This document shows positions 28,100 to 37,834 of a stretch of 64,000 bases of DNA, in pieces. The position numbers and the translations under genes were made by a program. This DNA is from Armatimonadota bacterium (GTDB lineage Bacteria > Armatimonadota > UBA5829 > DSUL01). The notes beneath the pieces are model-generated. The model was not told the DNA's origin. It did not search any database and saw only the letters and a list, made by a program, of their open reading frames with translations. Position 1 is the first letter of the stretch; the number at the start of each line of letters is the position of its first letter. The stretch lies in NCBI GenBank assembly GCA_039811685.1, contig JBDHZC010000002.1, forward strand, positions 32,001 to 96,000, written 5' to 3'.

Positions 28100-29337
28100 C
28101 ACAAGCGCTCCCGCAAAGAGGCGTACGCAGACTCCGCGCACCGTATCTGGTCCGCAGCGCACGCAAGCAAGTCGTCCCTGAGTTCAACCGCTTGAGCCCA
28201 CAACTCGAGCGCAGCTTGCACAGCAACACTACAAAACTCGGGCGTGTCAAACGACAGGACTTTGCAGCCCTTTCCAAAGAGCTTCGCCAGCCCTTCAAAT
28301 TTCTGCGCGTAGTAGGTCGCCCTATGGACGGCTACTACAGGCACGCCCTGCGACAGCGCGAAAACCGCCGCGTGGTAGGAGCCTGTAAAAACAACACGGC
28401 AGCGGCCAGCCAGCGCGATGACATCCTCCGGCGTAGCAACCGGCGCACTTACGGCCGTGAGCTTTGCCCGTTGGAGTATCGCTTCAATGGCCTTTGCGTC
28501 CTCTCCGTCGCAGTATTGCGAAATGGGCAACGGTGCAAACGAGCACCCTAACTCCTGACCCAGCGTCTGAAATATCCGCGTTAATTGGCGCACATCGCTC
28601 GAGGCTGCTTCCGAGTAATCAGATAGTCGGACACCTACACCAAGGTACTGGCCAGGCTTGGTGGTACAAAGGCTATAGGCCAGTGCCACAGCATCGTCAC
28701 CCGTGACGACAACATTCTGGCATCGAGCCTCTAGTTCACGTATCAAGGAAGGACTGAATACTCCGTCACGCAGCGTTACCAACACCGGCTCCCTTAGTAT
28801 CTCCCGCAACTGTCTCCGGTGACGGTAATCTTCGACTGGCCCGAGGCCGTGTCCTAAAAGGGCGACTGGCTTTCGCAGACGATAAGCCAAGCTCGTAGTC
28901 TCGTATACACCTTGTATCATCCATGGAAATGTATCCGTCAGATATCCACCGCCGCTTGCAACGACAAGATCACACGAGGAGAGTGCTCTGTAGTACTCAT
29001 CTAACTCATCCGTCGCTCGGCGTAAGGCTCTTTTTTTTATCCGTGTCAGACTATAGGCCACCTGCGGTGCTGCGGAGCGCAAGCTGGCTTCAGGTCGGCT
29101 GAGCACACGGGCCAGAGGTCCGAAGAGACTACCTTGTCCATGATAAAGGTATCGCCCGTGTGGCGAGAGAGGGATGGCGGCCGGCCAAAACTTGCTGAGC
29201 CGTTCTGGCGCTGTGGTGAAAATATAAAATACTGCTTCGGGCCAAAGTGCCTGTAATCTGGTGAGTGCAACTCTAAGCATTGCCGCATCACCAACGTTCA
29301 GGAGCTCATATCCGCTGTTTTCAACGACGATGCGCAT
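28099..29337 (-). CDS. Polysaccharide pyruvyl transferase family protein
   Basis: NVGDAAM, SGGGYLTD, GHGLGP, TLRD, GDDA, SYHAAVFALSQGVP. Confidence 0.85.
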   Translation of the reverse strand: MRIVVENSGYELLNVGDAAMLRVALTRLQALWPEAVFYIFTTAPERLSKFWPAAIPLSPHGRYLYHGQGSLFGPLARVLSRPEASLRSAAPQVAYSLTRIKKRALRRATDELDEYYRALSSCDLVVASGGGYLTDTFPWMIQGVYETTSLAYRLRKPVALLGHGLGPVEDYRHRRQLREILREPVLVTLRDGVFSPSLIRELEARCQNVVVTGDDAVALAYSLCTTKPGQYLGVGVRLSDYSEAASSDVRQLTRIFQTLGQELGCSFAPLPISQYCDGEDAKAIEAILQRAKLTAVSAPVATPEDVIALAGRCRVVFTGSYHAAVFALSQGVPVVAVHRATYYAQKFEGLAKLFGKGCKVLSFDTPEFCSVAVQAALELWAQAVELRDDLLACAADQIRCAESAYASLRERL

Positions 29338-29441
29338 CTGGTTAGGAGTCACCCTTATCAGTACCAAGGCTCGGTTGCGGCATCGCGGCTGTCATGCGTA
29401 CACGGACCGCCAAAGAAACGGCCGTGTTAAGGCGTGTGCAC

Positions 29442-30704
29442 CTATTTACGGCTCCCAGAGTCGTTTCTCCCGTCTGTAAACTGGTGTTCCACAAGAAACG
29501 GCGAATAGCGCGGATCGGGCGTCTGTCCGTTGTTATAGAAGTGACAGCTCACGACATCGAATGAAAACGCATTAGAGACATGGTCGAGGTTCTGTCCGGC
29601 AGGATCCTGCAATGCGACTGCAAGCCTGTACCGGCCGATGTTTAGCGGAAGCCGCCTGATTTGGCAGTGAACAACGCCGTTCCCAACCTCTCCTTCCTTC
29701 GCGTAAGCCGCGATATCTCTCCGCAGGTGGAAGAGTGCCGTATCCTGTTGGTCGTAGCACGTGAGGAGAAGCTGCGCATGCTTCTGCGTTCCGCTGTTTT
29801 TGTAAGCAAATGCAAAGACTACGTCGTCTCCGCCGCTGACCTGGCTCACTTCAGCATCCTGCGACAGTAGTTGTATTCCGGTAAGACGCATCTCCCCGGT
29901 TCCGGAGCGGACGACAGACGGACTGTCAAGTTCCTGTGGTGTCGTCTGCATCTCGTGAAGGTAGGTGCGGCACGCCTCTTCAGCGTCAGCCTCAAGAGTA
30001 AGCTCGCCGTTCGAAACCACAAGTGCCGTTCTACAGAGGCTTCTAATGGCCCCAAGATTGTGGCTCACGAACAGCACCGTCCTTCCGCCGCTGGCGACGT
30101 CTTTCATCTTGCCGAGGCACTTCTTCTGAAACTCGGCGTCGCCTACGGCCAGCACTTCGTCCACCACCAGAATCTCGGAGCGCAGGTGGGCGGCGACGGC
30201 GAAGGCGAGGCGCACATACATGCCGCTTGAGTAGCGCTTGACGGGCGTGTCCAGAAACTGCTCCACGCCGGCAAAATCCACAATGGCGTCGAACTGGCGC
30301 TGGATCTCGCTTTTGCGCATCCCCAGGATGGCGCCGTTCAGGAAGATGTTCTCCCGGCCGGTGAGCTCCGGGTGAAAACCTGTGCCAACCTCCAGCAGGC
30401 TGCCGACGCGGCCATAGAGGTCAATCTCCCCGGTGGTCGGCTCGGTGATGCGGCTGAGGACTTTCAACAGCGTGGACTTGCCCGCGCCGTTGCGCCCGAT
30501 GATGCCCACCACATCCCCGCGGCGCACGTCAAACGAAACATCCTTCAGCGCCCAGAAAGTCTCCGTCTCCGAGCGCTGCAGCGGACGGCGCAGACGGCTC
30601 ATGAGCGCTTCGGCGGCAGTGGTGTGTTTCGCCTGGGTGTGGGCGATGGTGTAGGCCTTGCCGAGACCCCGGACGGAGATGGCTATGTCGGAGCTAGATG
30701 ACAT
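29442..30704 (-). CDS. wzt: Polysaccharide ABC transporter ATPase with C-terminal Wzt_C domain
   Basis: GRNGAGKST, YSSGM, VDEVLAVGD; C-terminal extension. Confidence 0.92.
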   Translation of the reverse strand: MSSSSDIAISVRGLGKAYTIAHTQAKHTTAAEALMSRLRRPLQRSETETFWALKDVSFDVRRGDVVGIIGRNGAGKSTLLKVLSRITEPTTGEIDLYGRVGSLLEVGTGFHPELTGRENIFLNGAILGMRKSEIQRQFDAIVDFAGVEQFLDTPVKRYSSGMYVRLAFAVAAHLRSEILVVDEVLAVGDAEFQKKCLGKMKDVASGGRTVLFVSHNLGAIRSLCRTALVVSNGELTLEADAEEACRTYLHEMQTTPQELDSPSVVRSGTGEMRLTGIQLLSQDAEVSQVSGGDDVVFAFAYKNSGTQKHAQLLLTCYDQQDTALFHLRRDIAAYAKEGEVGNGVVHCQIRRLPLNIGRYRLAVALQDPAGQNLDHVSNAFSFDVVSCHFYNNGQTPDPRYSPFLVEHQFTDGRNDSGSRK

Positions 30705-31545
30705 CGGCGAACTTCCTCTCCATCTTCCGGAAGGAGAAGGCTCCGAAGAAGAATACCAGGACGGCTGCGGCGGCGGAGTAGCCGAGGAAGTCCGGGCGCA
30801 GGTGTCCCGTGCCAAGCAGCGACCAGCGGAAGGCTTCCAGAAGGCCGGACATCGGGTTGACCAGGAAGAAGGGCTTCAGACTGGCGGGCACGGCCTGCAT
30901 GGAATACGCGACCGGGCTGGCATACATGATGAACGGGATGATGACGGGCAGAATGTGCTGTATGTCGCGGTAGCTCACCGTGAGCGCGGCGGCTATCAGG
31001 CCCAGACCCAGCGAAAGCATCAAAATCAGAACCATCCACACCGGCAACAGCAGCAGCCCTGCATGCGGGCGGACGTGATAGAGCGCCATCAACACTACCA
31101 TCATCCCGAGCGCTACGGCGAAATCCAGCAGCACTCCGAGCGTGGTGGACAGGGGCAGAACAAGGCGCGGAAAGTAGATCTTGCTGACAAGGTGGGCGTT
31201 ACCCACCAGAGACAGGCTGCTTTTGGAGAGGGTTCCGCTGAAGACGCCCCACCCGAGCTGTCCGGCGTAGGCAAAGAGGAAGTAAGGGACGCCGTCGCTT
31301 GGCAGCTTAGCGACTTTGCCGAATACGACCGCGAAGATGCCGGCGGCCATCAGCGGCTGAAGGATCACCCAGATAGCGCCAAGAGCCGTCTGGCGGTAGC
31401 GCAGCTTCACGTCGCGCCCGGCCAGCACCAGAAGCAGGTCCCGGAACATCCACAGCTCGCGCAGATTGATGGGCGACCACCCGCGGCTCGGGCGGATGGT
31501 CAGATGCGGCGTGCGGTGTTCGATTGTCGCCGTAGCTTCAGACAT
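30694..31545 (-). CDS. wzm: Polysaccharide ABC transporter permease
   Basis: RDVKLRYRQTALGAIW, KIYFPR, ERKFADVI. Confidence 0.92.
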   Translation of the reverse strand: MSEATATIEHRTPHLTIRPSRGWSPINLRELWMFRDLLLVLAGRDVKLRYRQTALGAIWVILQPLMAAGIFAVVFGKVAKLPSDGVPYFLFAYAGQLGWGVFSGTLSKSSLSLVGNAHLVSKIYFPRLVLPLSTTLGVLLDFAVALGMMVVLMALYHVRPHAGLLLLPVWMVLILMLSLGLGLIAAALTVSYRDIQHILPVIIPFIMYASPVAYSMQAVPASLKPFFLVNPMSGLLEAFRWSLLGTGHLRPDFLGYSAAAAVLVFFFGAFSFRKMERKFADVI

Positions 31546-31577
31546 ATCCGATGTCGAAAGTCTCCTCTAAAGTAGCG

Positions 31578-32210
31578 CTAGGACTTCGGCGACTCGGCCA
31601 TCAGGTCCGCCAGCGGCGCTTTTGCATTGCGAAGAAAGTCCTTCATGGCCGCCTGCCCCTCAACGCTGTCATCGGCGATAAGGCGCACAAAGAGCGACTG
31701 GCCTTCATGTCCCATCAGGCGGTCCCGCAAAGCCAGCAACCGGCCCATCTGGTTTCTGCCATATTTTGTGTCAACTGCCGCGCCCCCACTCCACCAGTAA
31801 AACACCTGCTGGCGCACGTCCTGCCGCTGAGCCACCATATACCGCCCGGGCTGCCCGGCAATCTCCCTGTGACGCTCCTGCGTCAGCGAAAACCCCTGCC
31901 CCGGAAAGCAGATGTTTGGATCGTGAAAGTCTGCGTAGTCCGTGGCGGTCAGCAGTGTAAGATTAATCAGCCGCCCGTTTTTGTCCTGGTATATGCGGTC
32001 AACTATCCGGGCAGTGGGAACGGCCTTTTGCACCTCCGGGTCCGTCGGGCGGTCATCCACCATAGCCCATGTGTCAACCTGCTTCGGGAACTTCTCCACC
32101 GGCAGGCGCTGGAGCGTGTCGGACTCCACCGGCGCAATGCCACGGTTGGCCGCCAGAGCCACCGTCGCCATGATCAGACAGACTACACTGAAAATCGCAG
32201 GCTTCGACAT
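31578..32210 (-). CDS. epsI: Exosortase-associated EpsI-family protein
   Basis: HDPNICFPGQG, VFYWW; immediately downstream of exosortase. Confidence 0.8.
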   Translation of the reverse strand: MSKPAIFSVVCLIMATVALAANRGIAPVESDTLQRLPVEKFPKQVDTWAMVDDRPTDPEVQKAVPTARIVDRIYQDKNGRLINLTLLTATDYADFHDPNICFPGQGFSLTQERHREIAGQPGRYMVAQRQDVRQQVFYWWSGGAAVDTKYGRNQMGRLLALRDRLMGHEGQSLFVRLIADDSVEGQAAMKDFLRNAKAPLADLMAESPKS

Positions 32211-33109
32211 CCAACCGCCTTTCCAACAAGAATGAACAGACCAAAAGACACCACCAGCACCGACAGCTCCGCCCAATCGTGCGCCGCGTGCAGCGCATTC
32301 TCACCCCACGTGGAGGCAATCCAGGTCAGGGCGCAGATGCGGATGACATTGGCGAAAAGCGCAATCGGGTAGGCCGAGGCCAGGAGCAACAGACGCTTAC
32401 CGAGGCCGATCGGAAACATAAACCCGTAAAGCAGCGCAAAGGCTATGAGGGCTGTCAGCTTTTTGAACCCGCTACAAACCTCCGCGACCTCCACTGAGCA
32501 TGTGGGCGTGTCGATGCGGTTGCCGGTCTGCACCAGCGGAAAGCCCATGGTCGTCATGGTGAACACGGCGCTGTCTGTGCTGGCGCGCTGAATCTGGGCG
32601 CTGACCGGCAGCGAAATGGCATCCGGCAGCGGCGCGGCGAAGAAGAGAAACAGCACCGGAAAGGCCACCACTTTCAGCAGCGCGCGCCCGTGCAGCGCCA
32701 GAATCACCCCAGCCAGCACGGGAATCAGCGAGAGCATAGGGAACCATTTGATGCCCAGCAGATAGCTGAACGTCTCCAGCGCCAGCCCGAAAAACAGAAG
32801 CGCCAGCCCCCACGCACTCGGGGAAGGCTTTGCCTGCCTGATAGCGTCCCGCAGCACCCACAGCAGAAACAAAACGACCGGGAAGATGAAAACGCCGTGC
32901 GCCTGTTTGTCATCCGTCACCCAGACGCGCGCGGCAGCGGCGACAACCGGCGCATACAAAACAACAAGGACGACGCTGAGCAGCCGGACCGGCCAGGGCG
33001 CCCGCCAGAAAGCTCCGGCGGCGGAAGCGATACTCTGAACTACAGACCCGCGGGACGGTCGGACGTCTGCGGGAGGAGCGTCTGCCGGCTGTAAGGTCGT
33101 CTGGCTCAT
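32183..33109 (-). CDS. Exosortase (EpsH family)
   Basis: Multi-TM; VAEVCSG (Cys), ANVIRI (Arg), AAHD (His). Confidence 0.92.
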   Translation of the reverse strand: MSQTTLQPADAPPADVRPSRGSVVQSIASAAGAFWRAPWPVRLLSVVLVVLYAPVVAAAARVWVTDDKQAHGVFIFPVVLFLLWVLRDAIRQAKPSPSAWGLALLFFGLALETFSYLLGIKWFPMLSLIPVLAGVILALHGRALLKVVAFPVLFLFFAAPLPDAISLPVSAQIQRASTDSAVFTMTTMGFPLVQTGNRIDTPTCSVEVAEVCSGFKKLTALIAFALLYGFMFPIGLGKRLLLLASAYPIALFANVIRICALTWIASTWGENALHAAHDWAELSVLVVSFGLFILVGKAVGCRSLRFSV

Positions 33110-34305
33110 CAGTACCTTCGGCCGCCGGTGAGAATCCGGAAGGTGTTGTCCAGGATGCTGATGCTGCTCAGGATGCCAAGCGCATCCTGCAGCTTGAACG
33201 CGCGCTTCTTCTCGCTCACAAACACGACATCTCCGGGGGCAAGCGCGGCATTCGCCGTGACATCGCCCTTCTTCAGAAAATTCTCGAGGTTGACAGTCTG
33301 GACGGCAGCGGTCTTTTCCGTCTTGTCAATCTTGATGAGATTCACATTGCGGTAGTCGGCATTCTGAGCGATGCCGCTTGCGTTCAGCGCGTCCAGAACC
33401 CGGTCTCCCGGCTTGAACGGATACCACCCGGGCTTTGCGACCGCGCCGAAAATATAGGTGCGGTTCTGAATCTCGGGCACCAGAATCCGGTCACCCGGCT
33501 CCAGCTTGATATTGGGCGTCATCTCACCACGGCGCAGGAGAGCTTCCAGGTCCAGAGGCTGTTCCTTACCGCCGCGCTCCAGAGTGGCCGCTGAGAGGTC
33601 TGCACTGTCACGCACGCCGCCAGCCGCCCCCAGCGCATCCAGCACTGTGATGTCGTCCCTATAGTCAAAAGAGCCCGGACGGTTGACCTCTCCAATCACG
33701 TTCACCTGTGTCCGGCGCTCGGGAATGTAGATAATGTCGCCTTCCTGCAGCACAACATCCCGATCCGTGCCCGGCAGAGTCTCCGGCTTGGTCAGGTCCA
33801 GCACCTTCTTGTCGCCATTGCGGTGGGTAAGGGTAACCTTCTGCAAATCCCCGTTGATAGCTGCGCCACCCGCCAGCGCAAGCGCCTCGGAGATGTGTAG
33901 CATAGGCCGAAACTCGACTTCGCCACCCTTGTTGGCAAAACCGTAAACCAGCACGCTGGCCTTGCGCCGCTGAGTCAACGCAACCGTCACCACCGGGTCT
34001 ACCACATACTTGTTCCACTCATCTGTCAGCAGCCTGGCAAGCTCCGTGGTCGTCTTGCCCTCAACGCTGATAGACCCGAGAAGCGGGACAGTGATCTTCC
34101 CGTCCGGCAGCACAACGGCCTGTGTGGAAAGGTTCGCGAAATTGGCCACGTTGATGGATACCGCATCGTCCGGCGCCAGGACGTAGGCGGCTGGCTCCGT
34201 CTGAACCGCAGAGGCGGGTTGAGGAGCGGTGTCTGTTGCGCAAATCCCGACGCACGGCAGAACCATTAGCGCCACAGGCGCAAACAGGGCGAGTCTAGCT
34301 TTCAT
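33109..34305 (-). CDS. Wza-like polysaccharide export protein with SLBB repeats
   Basis: YVLAPDD..V.PDGKITVPLLG; repeated V.GEV.RPG, L..AGG. Confidence 0.88.
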   Translation of the reverse strand: MKARLALFAPVALMVLPCVGICATDTAPQPASAVQTEPAAYVLAPDDAVSINVANFANLSTQAVVLPDGKITVPLLGSISVEGKTTTELARLLTDEWNKYVVDPVVTVALTQRRKASVLVYGFANKGGEVEFRPMLHISEALALAGGAAINGDLQKVTLTHRNGDKKVLDLTKPETLPGTDRDVVLQEGDIIYIPERRTQVNVIGEVNRPGSFDYRDDITVLDALGAAGGVRDSADLSAATLERGGKEQPLDLEALLRRGEMTPNIKLEPGDRILVPEIQNRTYIFGAVAKPGWYPFKPGDRVLDALNASGIAQNADYRNVNLIKIDKTEKTAAVQTVNLENFLKKGDVTANAALAPGDVVFVSEKKRAFKLQDALGILSSISILDNTFRILTGGRRY

Positions 34306-36517
34306 GCGCGCTGCTCTCCTTTTCCGTGTCTTCAACCTGGTCAATGACCACGAGCTCACCGCGTCCATTGCGCTTGCGCGGGGCATACCCATAGTCCGCA
34401 TAGTACGAATAACCGTGACGGTGACTCTTCGGCAGGCGGTTCACAAAATACACCATGGACTTTGGCGCGGCCGCCGCCAGCGCCGCGACAGTGTCACGCA
34501 CAGCCGGCGCCTCTGAAATCCCCGCTCCTACTACGTGTAACACACAATCGGCGAATGGAGCAAGCAGCAGCGAATCTGCAACAACCGCGCAGGCGGGTGC
34601 GTCCAGAATGATAATCTCAGCCTCGCGCCGCAACTCCTCCACAAGCTCCTTCATCCGTGGGTGCGACAAAAGCTCGGACGGGTTGCGGTCCGGCGTGCCG
34701 CTGTGCAGAACACTCAGCTTTTCAATCCCGGAGGCCACCAGCGCATCGTCCAGCCCGGCCTTCCCCACCAGAACATCCGCCAGCCCAAGCTCCTCCGCCG
34801 TGCCAAACAGATCGTTCTGCGTCGGACGGCGCATGTCGGCGTCCACCAGGATGACTGACTTTCCAGCTCTGGCCAGAGACTTGGCCATCTGGTTTGCAGT
34901 GAGGGATTTTCCCTCTCCCGGGAGCGCACTGGTAACCAGGATGATCTGGCTTCCATGGGCGCTGCCGTTGAAAACCTCTGGAAGAGACAGAGCCAGATTA
35001 GCCCGCGCCAGGCTGTAGGCTTCGTTGGCCATTGTCCCGGACTCATCAGCCAGCAACTCCTGCAAATCCGCAGACGATAGCTGCGGCAAAGCCCCGACGA
35101 TCGTCCCGGGAGCCAGACGCCGCACATCCTCCACACTGCGGATTCGCCGGTCCGTCTGCTCCAGCAGCAGAATAGCCGCCAGCGAAAGCGCCACCCCGAT
35201 AACCGCGCCGAAAGCAAGGTCTCTGCCGTGGTTGGGCACAAACGGATCCTCCGGCGCAACCGCATACTGACTGATCTGGACATTCCCGCTAGCGGTGTCG
35301 CGCTCTATGCGCGCAGCATTCAAACCAGCCTGCAGAGACGTCAACAGCCCCGAAGCCAGGTCCTTGTCGCGAGCCAACTTCGCGTAGGCAAGGTTGGTGG
35401 CAGGCAGATCTTCTACAGATTTCTTCGCCGCGTCGCGCGCGCTGCGCGCCACCTTCACGCGTGCCCTCAGCGCACCCACAGCCAGTAGTTGATCTTTGTA
35501 CTGCTGGCTGAGCTGTCCCTGAGACTGAAGCGACGGGCGCTTGTTGTCGAGTGTGCTTTGCAGCGCTTTCTGCAAACGTCCGTTGACGTCGGCAATCCGG
35601 GCGTCAAGGTCTTTGAGGTTGCCTTCTCCCGGGTAGGCCGGGCGAAACTTCAATGCGGCATTGGCGCGCTGTATCTTCAGTGACTCAAGCTCCTGCTGCA
35701 GCGTCAACACCATACTGTCGTCGCGCACACCCGTGCCGCTCTGGATACTGCGGTTGGCTTCTCTCAGCCCAGCGCCGAGCCCGCGCAGACGCGACTCTTC
35801 AACAGTCAACTCCTGTTGAGCTTTCTGGAAAGACTCCTCCAGCCCGAGGTACTTCTGCAGGCTCGCGGTGGACTGGGTGTTCACATCCACCATATCGTGG
35901 CTTTTCTTGAAGGCGATTTCCTTCTGCTCAGCATCCGCAAGCTGATCCCGCGCCTTGCGCACGCGATCTTCCAGAGTACTCACGTTTTCTTGAGAAGACT
36001 GACTGGAGATTACTTTCTTCCAGTCAACAAAAGCTTTACAGACCGCATCTGTCAGAAGGCGGGCGCGCTCTCTGGACGGGGCTTCCACCTGCACGGTGAT
36101 GATGTTCGTATTCTCAGAGGAGGAGACCTGAATGTCTTCCTGCAGCTTCCAGGGGTCAAGTCCGGCAGCGACATCCTCCGGCACATCGCCTTTCAGAGCC
36201 TGGTTGCGCAGCCACTCCAGCGTGCGCCGGGCGGCCTCATAGCTCTGGAGCATACCAACCTGCGTGCTGACAGACTCCACCATATCTCGGCCGGAAGCAG
36301 ACTGCTGGGCGCTTCCTGGCACAGGCGCTGTCCGCTGCACCAGAATAAGCTGCCCGATCCCGCGCCACCTGGGGGATGTGTTGTACGAAATCAGCGCGGC
36401 CGTTCCAAGTGAAACTGCCAGAATAAGCGCGACTATCCAGAGTCGCCGCCAGAGGACGCCGAAGACTTCCCGGACGGTGACTGGCGTGTCCAGACTGGTA
36501 TCGAAGGGAGTTTCCAT
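34295..36517 (-). CDS. Wzc-like co-polymerase / BY tyrosine kinase
   Basis: Two TMs with coiled coil; PGEGKS, VDADMRRP, ILDAP; C-terminal Tyr cluster GYSYYADYGY. Confidence 0.92.
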   Translation of the reverse strand: METPFDTSLDTPVTVREVFGVLWRRLWIVALILAVSLGTAALISYNTSPRWRGIGQLILVQRTAPVPGSAQQSASGRDMVESVSTQVGMLQSYEAARRTLEWLRNQALKGDVPEDVAAGLDPWKLQEDIQVSSSENTNIITVQVEAPSRERARLLTDAVCKAFVDWKKVISSQSSQENVSTLEDRVRKARDQLADAEQKEIAFKKSHDMVDVNTQSTASLQKYLGLEESFQKAQQELTVEESRLRGLGAGLREANRSIQSGTGVRDDSMVLTLQQELESLKIQRANAALKFRPAYPGEGNLKDLDARIADVNGRLQKALQSTLDNKRPSLQSQGQLSQQYKDQLLAVGALRARVKVARSARDAAKKSVEDLPATNLAYAKLARDKDLASGLLTSLQAGLNAARIERDTASGNVQISQYAVAPEDPFVPNHGRDLAFGAVIGVALSLAAILLLEQTDRRIRSVEDVRRLAPGTIVGALPQLSSADLQELLADESGTMANEAYSLARANLALSLPEVFNGSAHGSQIILVTSALPGEGKSLTANQMAKSLARAGKSVILVDADMRRPTQNDLFGTAEELGLADVLVGKAGLDDALVASGIEKLSVLHSGTPDRNPSELLSHPRMKELVEELRREAEIIILDAPACAVVADSLLLAPFADCVLHVVGAGISEAPAVRDTVAALAAAAPKSMVYFVNRLPKSHRHGYSYYADYGYAPRKRNGRGELVVIDQVEDTEKESSAHES

Positions 36518-36850
36518 AATCAGGGCAATATCAGGCCGGCCAGCACCGTGCGGGCCCGAACCTCCGCGCATATTGTTCCACACTCAACCAGCGCTGCAAT
36601 ATGCGGCAGACGCAGCGGCAAAAAGCAGGCGGCGCTACTCGCTCAGTGTCTGAATACGCAGAGAAACCGCAAAAGGTGCCGCTTTTCGCGCCAGACTCGG
36701 GCACTTTCTGAACTAAAGATGCATCTGCGACTGCTAACAGCTGCCGTACGAAAGCAGCCGCGTCCGTCACTGAAAGTGGCGGAACACGGCTGCGAATAGA
36801 CTTTTCTCACAGACACCTGGTCTGGCGAAACTCTGGAACTGCACGTCCTC

Positions 36851-37684
36851 CTAGGCTGCCCGCGGGGAGCGAACCCTTACCCGGAACAGCCCCAGACCGC
36901 CCATTCCAACAAGCGCTCCAAGCTGGAAGAACGCGGGTTCGGGAACAGGGATCTGCGTTATTGTCACAGAAGTAGCGCCCTTGTAGACGAAGTCCTGAGC
37001 GTGAGCGTAGGCGGCTGTCCTCGGCGCCTGAATCCACTGGGTAAACGTGGAAGTCGGGCTTTGCCCCAACGCCTCAGTAATATAGGTCTGAACGCTCTTC
37101 GCTCCAAACACCCCGGCAGAACTCGTGAAATAACCAGACCCGAGACCATCACCACCGTCCGTGATGATGTCCCACATCGCCATCTGGACTGCTGCCGCAA
37201 CATCTACGCTGGTTTGTGCAGTAGTCAAATACGTGTCTGTCAGGTAGGCCACAGCCACAGAGCGGTCAAATGCCGAAAGGCTACCGCTCGGCTTGTAATC
37301 CGCGGGGATCAACGCCGAAGCCATACCCGCCCCGACGGGAGCGTTCGCCGGCCCGGATGAGTAGTAATAGTTGCCCGCGTAGGAATACAGGCCCGCTGCG
37401 GGGTCCGTCACCTGCCCGAGAAGCGCCAACGTCGTGTAGCTCTGGTTGAAGGTGATGGCGTGACGAACGTCCGTGCAGAACACATCCACGCCGAGTGAGC
37501 CGAGTGTCCCATTGTAGAGGCCCACATAGACAGTCTTGGATGATCCTTCAACGCTGATAGTGGCAGTCTTAGTACCACTCTTCACACTGTTGAATGTAAA
37601 GAGCTGCGTCTGATCGGCGTGCGAAGGCGCCGCAACCGCAGCCATAGCCGCGCCTAGAAGGGCGATCCCTGTTAGTTTGCTCAT
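36851..37684 (-). CDS. PEP-CTERM protein with putative Cys-Gln thioester domain
   Basis: RBS GAGGAG; signal peptide; VFCTD and VQMAMW; C-terminus VPEPAFFQLGALVGMGGLGLFRVRVR. Confidence 0.85.
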   Translation of the reverse strand: MSKLTGIALLGAAMAAVAAPSHADQTQLFTFNSVKSGTKTATISVEGSSKTVYVGLYNGTLGSLGVDVFCTDVRHAITFNQSYTTLALLGQVTDPAAGLYSYAGNYYYSSGPANAPVGAGMASALIPADYKPSGSLSAFDRSVAVAYLTDTYLTTAQTSVDVAAAVQMAMWDIITDGGDGLGSGYFTSSAGVFGAKSVQTYITEALGQSPTSTFTQWIQAPRTAAYAHAQDFVYKGATSVTITQIPVPEPAFFQLGALVGMGGLGLFRVRVRSPRAA

Positions 37685-37834
37685 TTGTATTCTCCTCACC
37701 CCCTTGCGACTCCAGTGAATGCGAGGTCGCAGGGGAAGAACTTTGACCAATCCGCGTGGATTGGCCACCTTCCTGGCGGTTTGCTATGGCGCGAGCGTTG
37801 CGCCTGTCCTGAGTCCGCCTCTCAAGACAAAACC

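Noticed and set aside
29031..29038. A8 tract in the pyruvyltransferase as a phase-variation site
   Set aside because: Short, frame intact, explained by Ile-Lys-Lys-Arg codons
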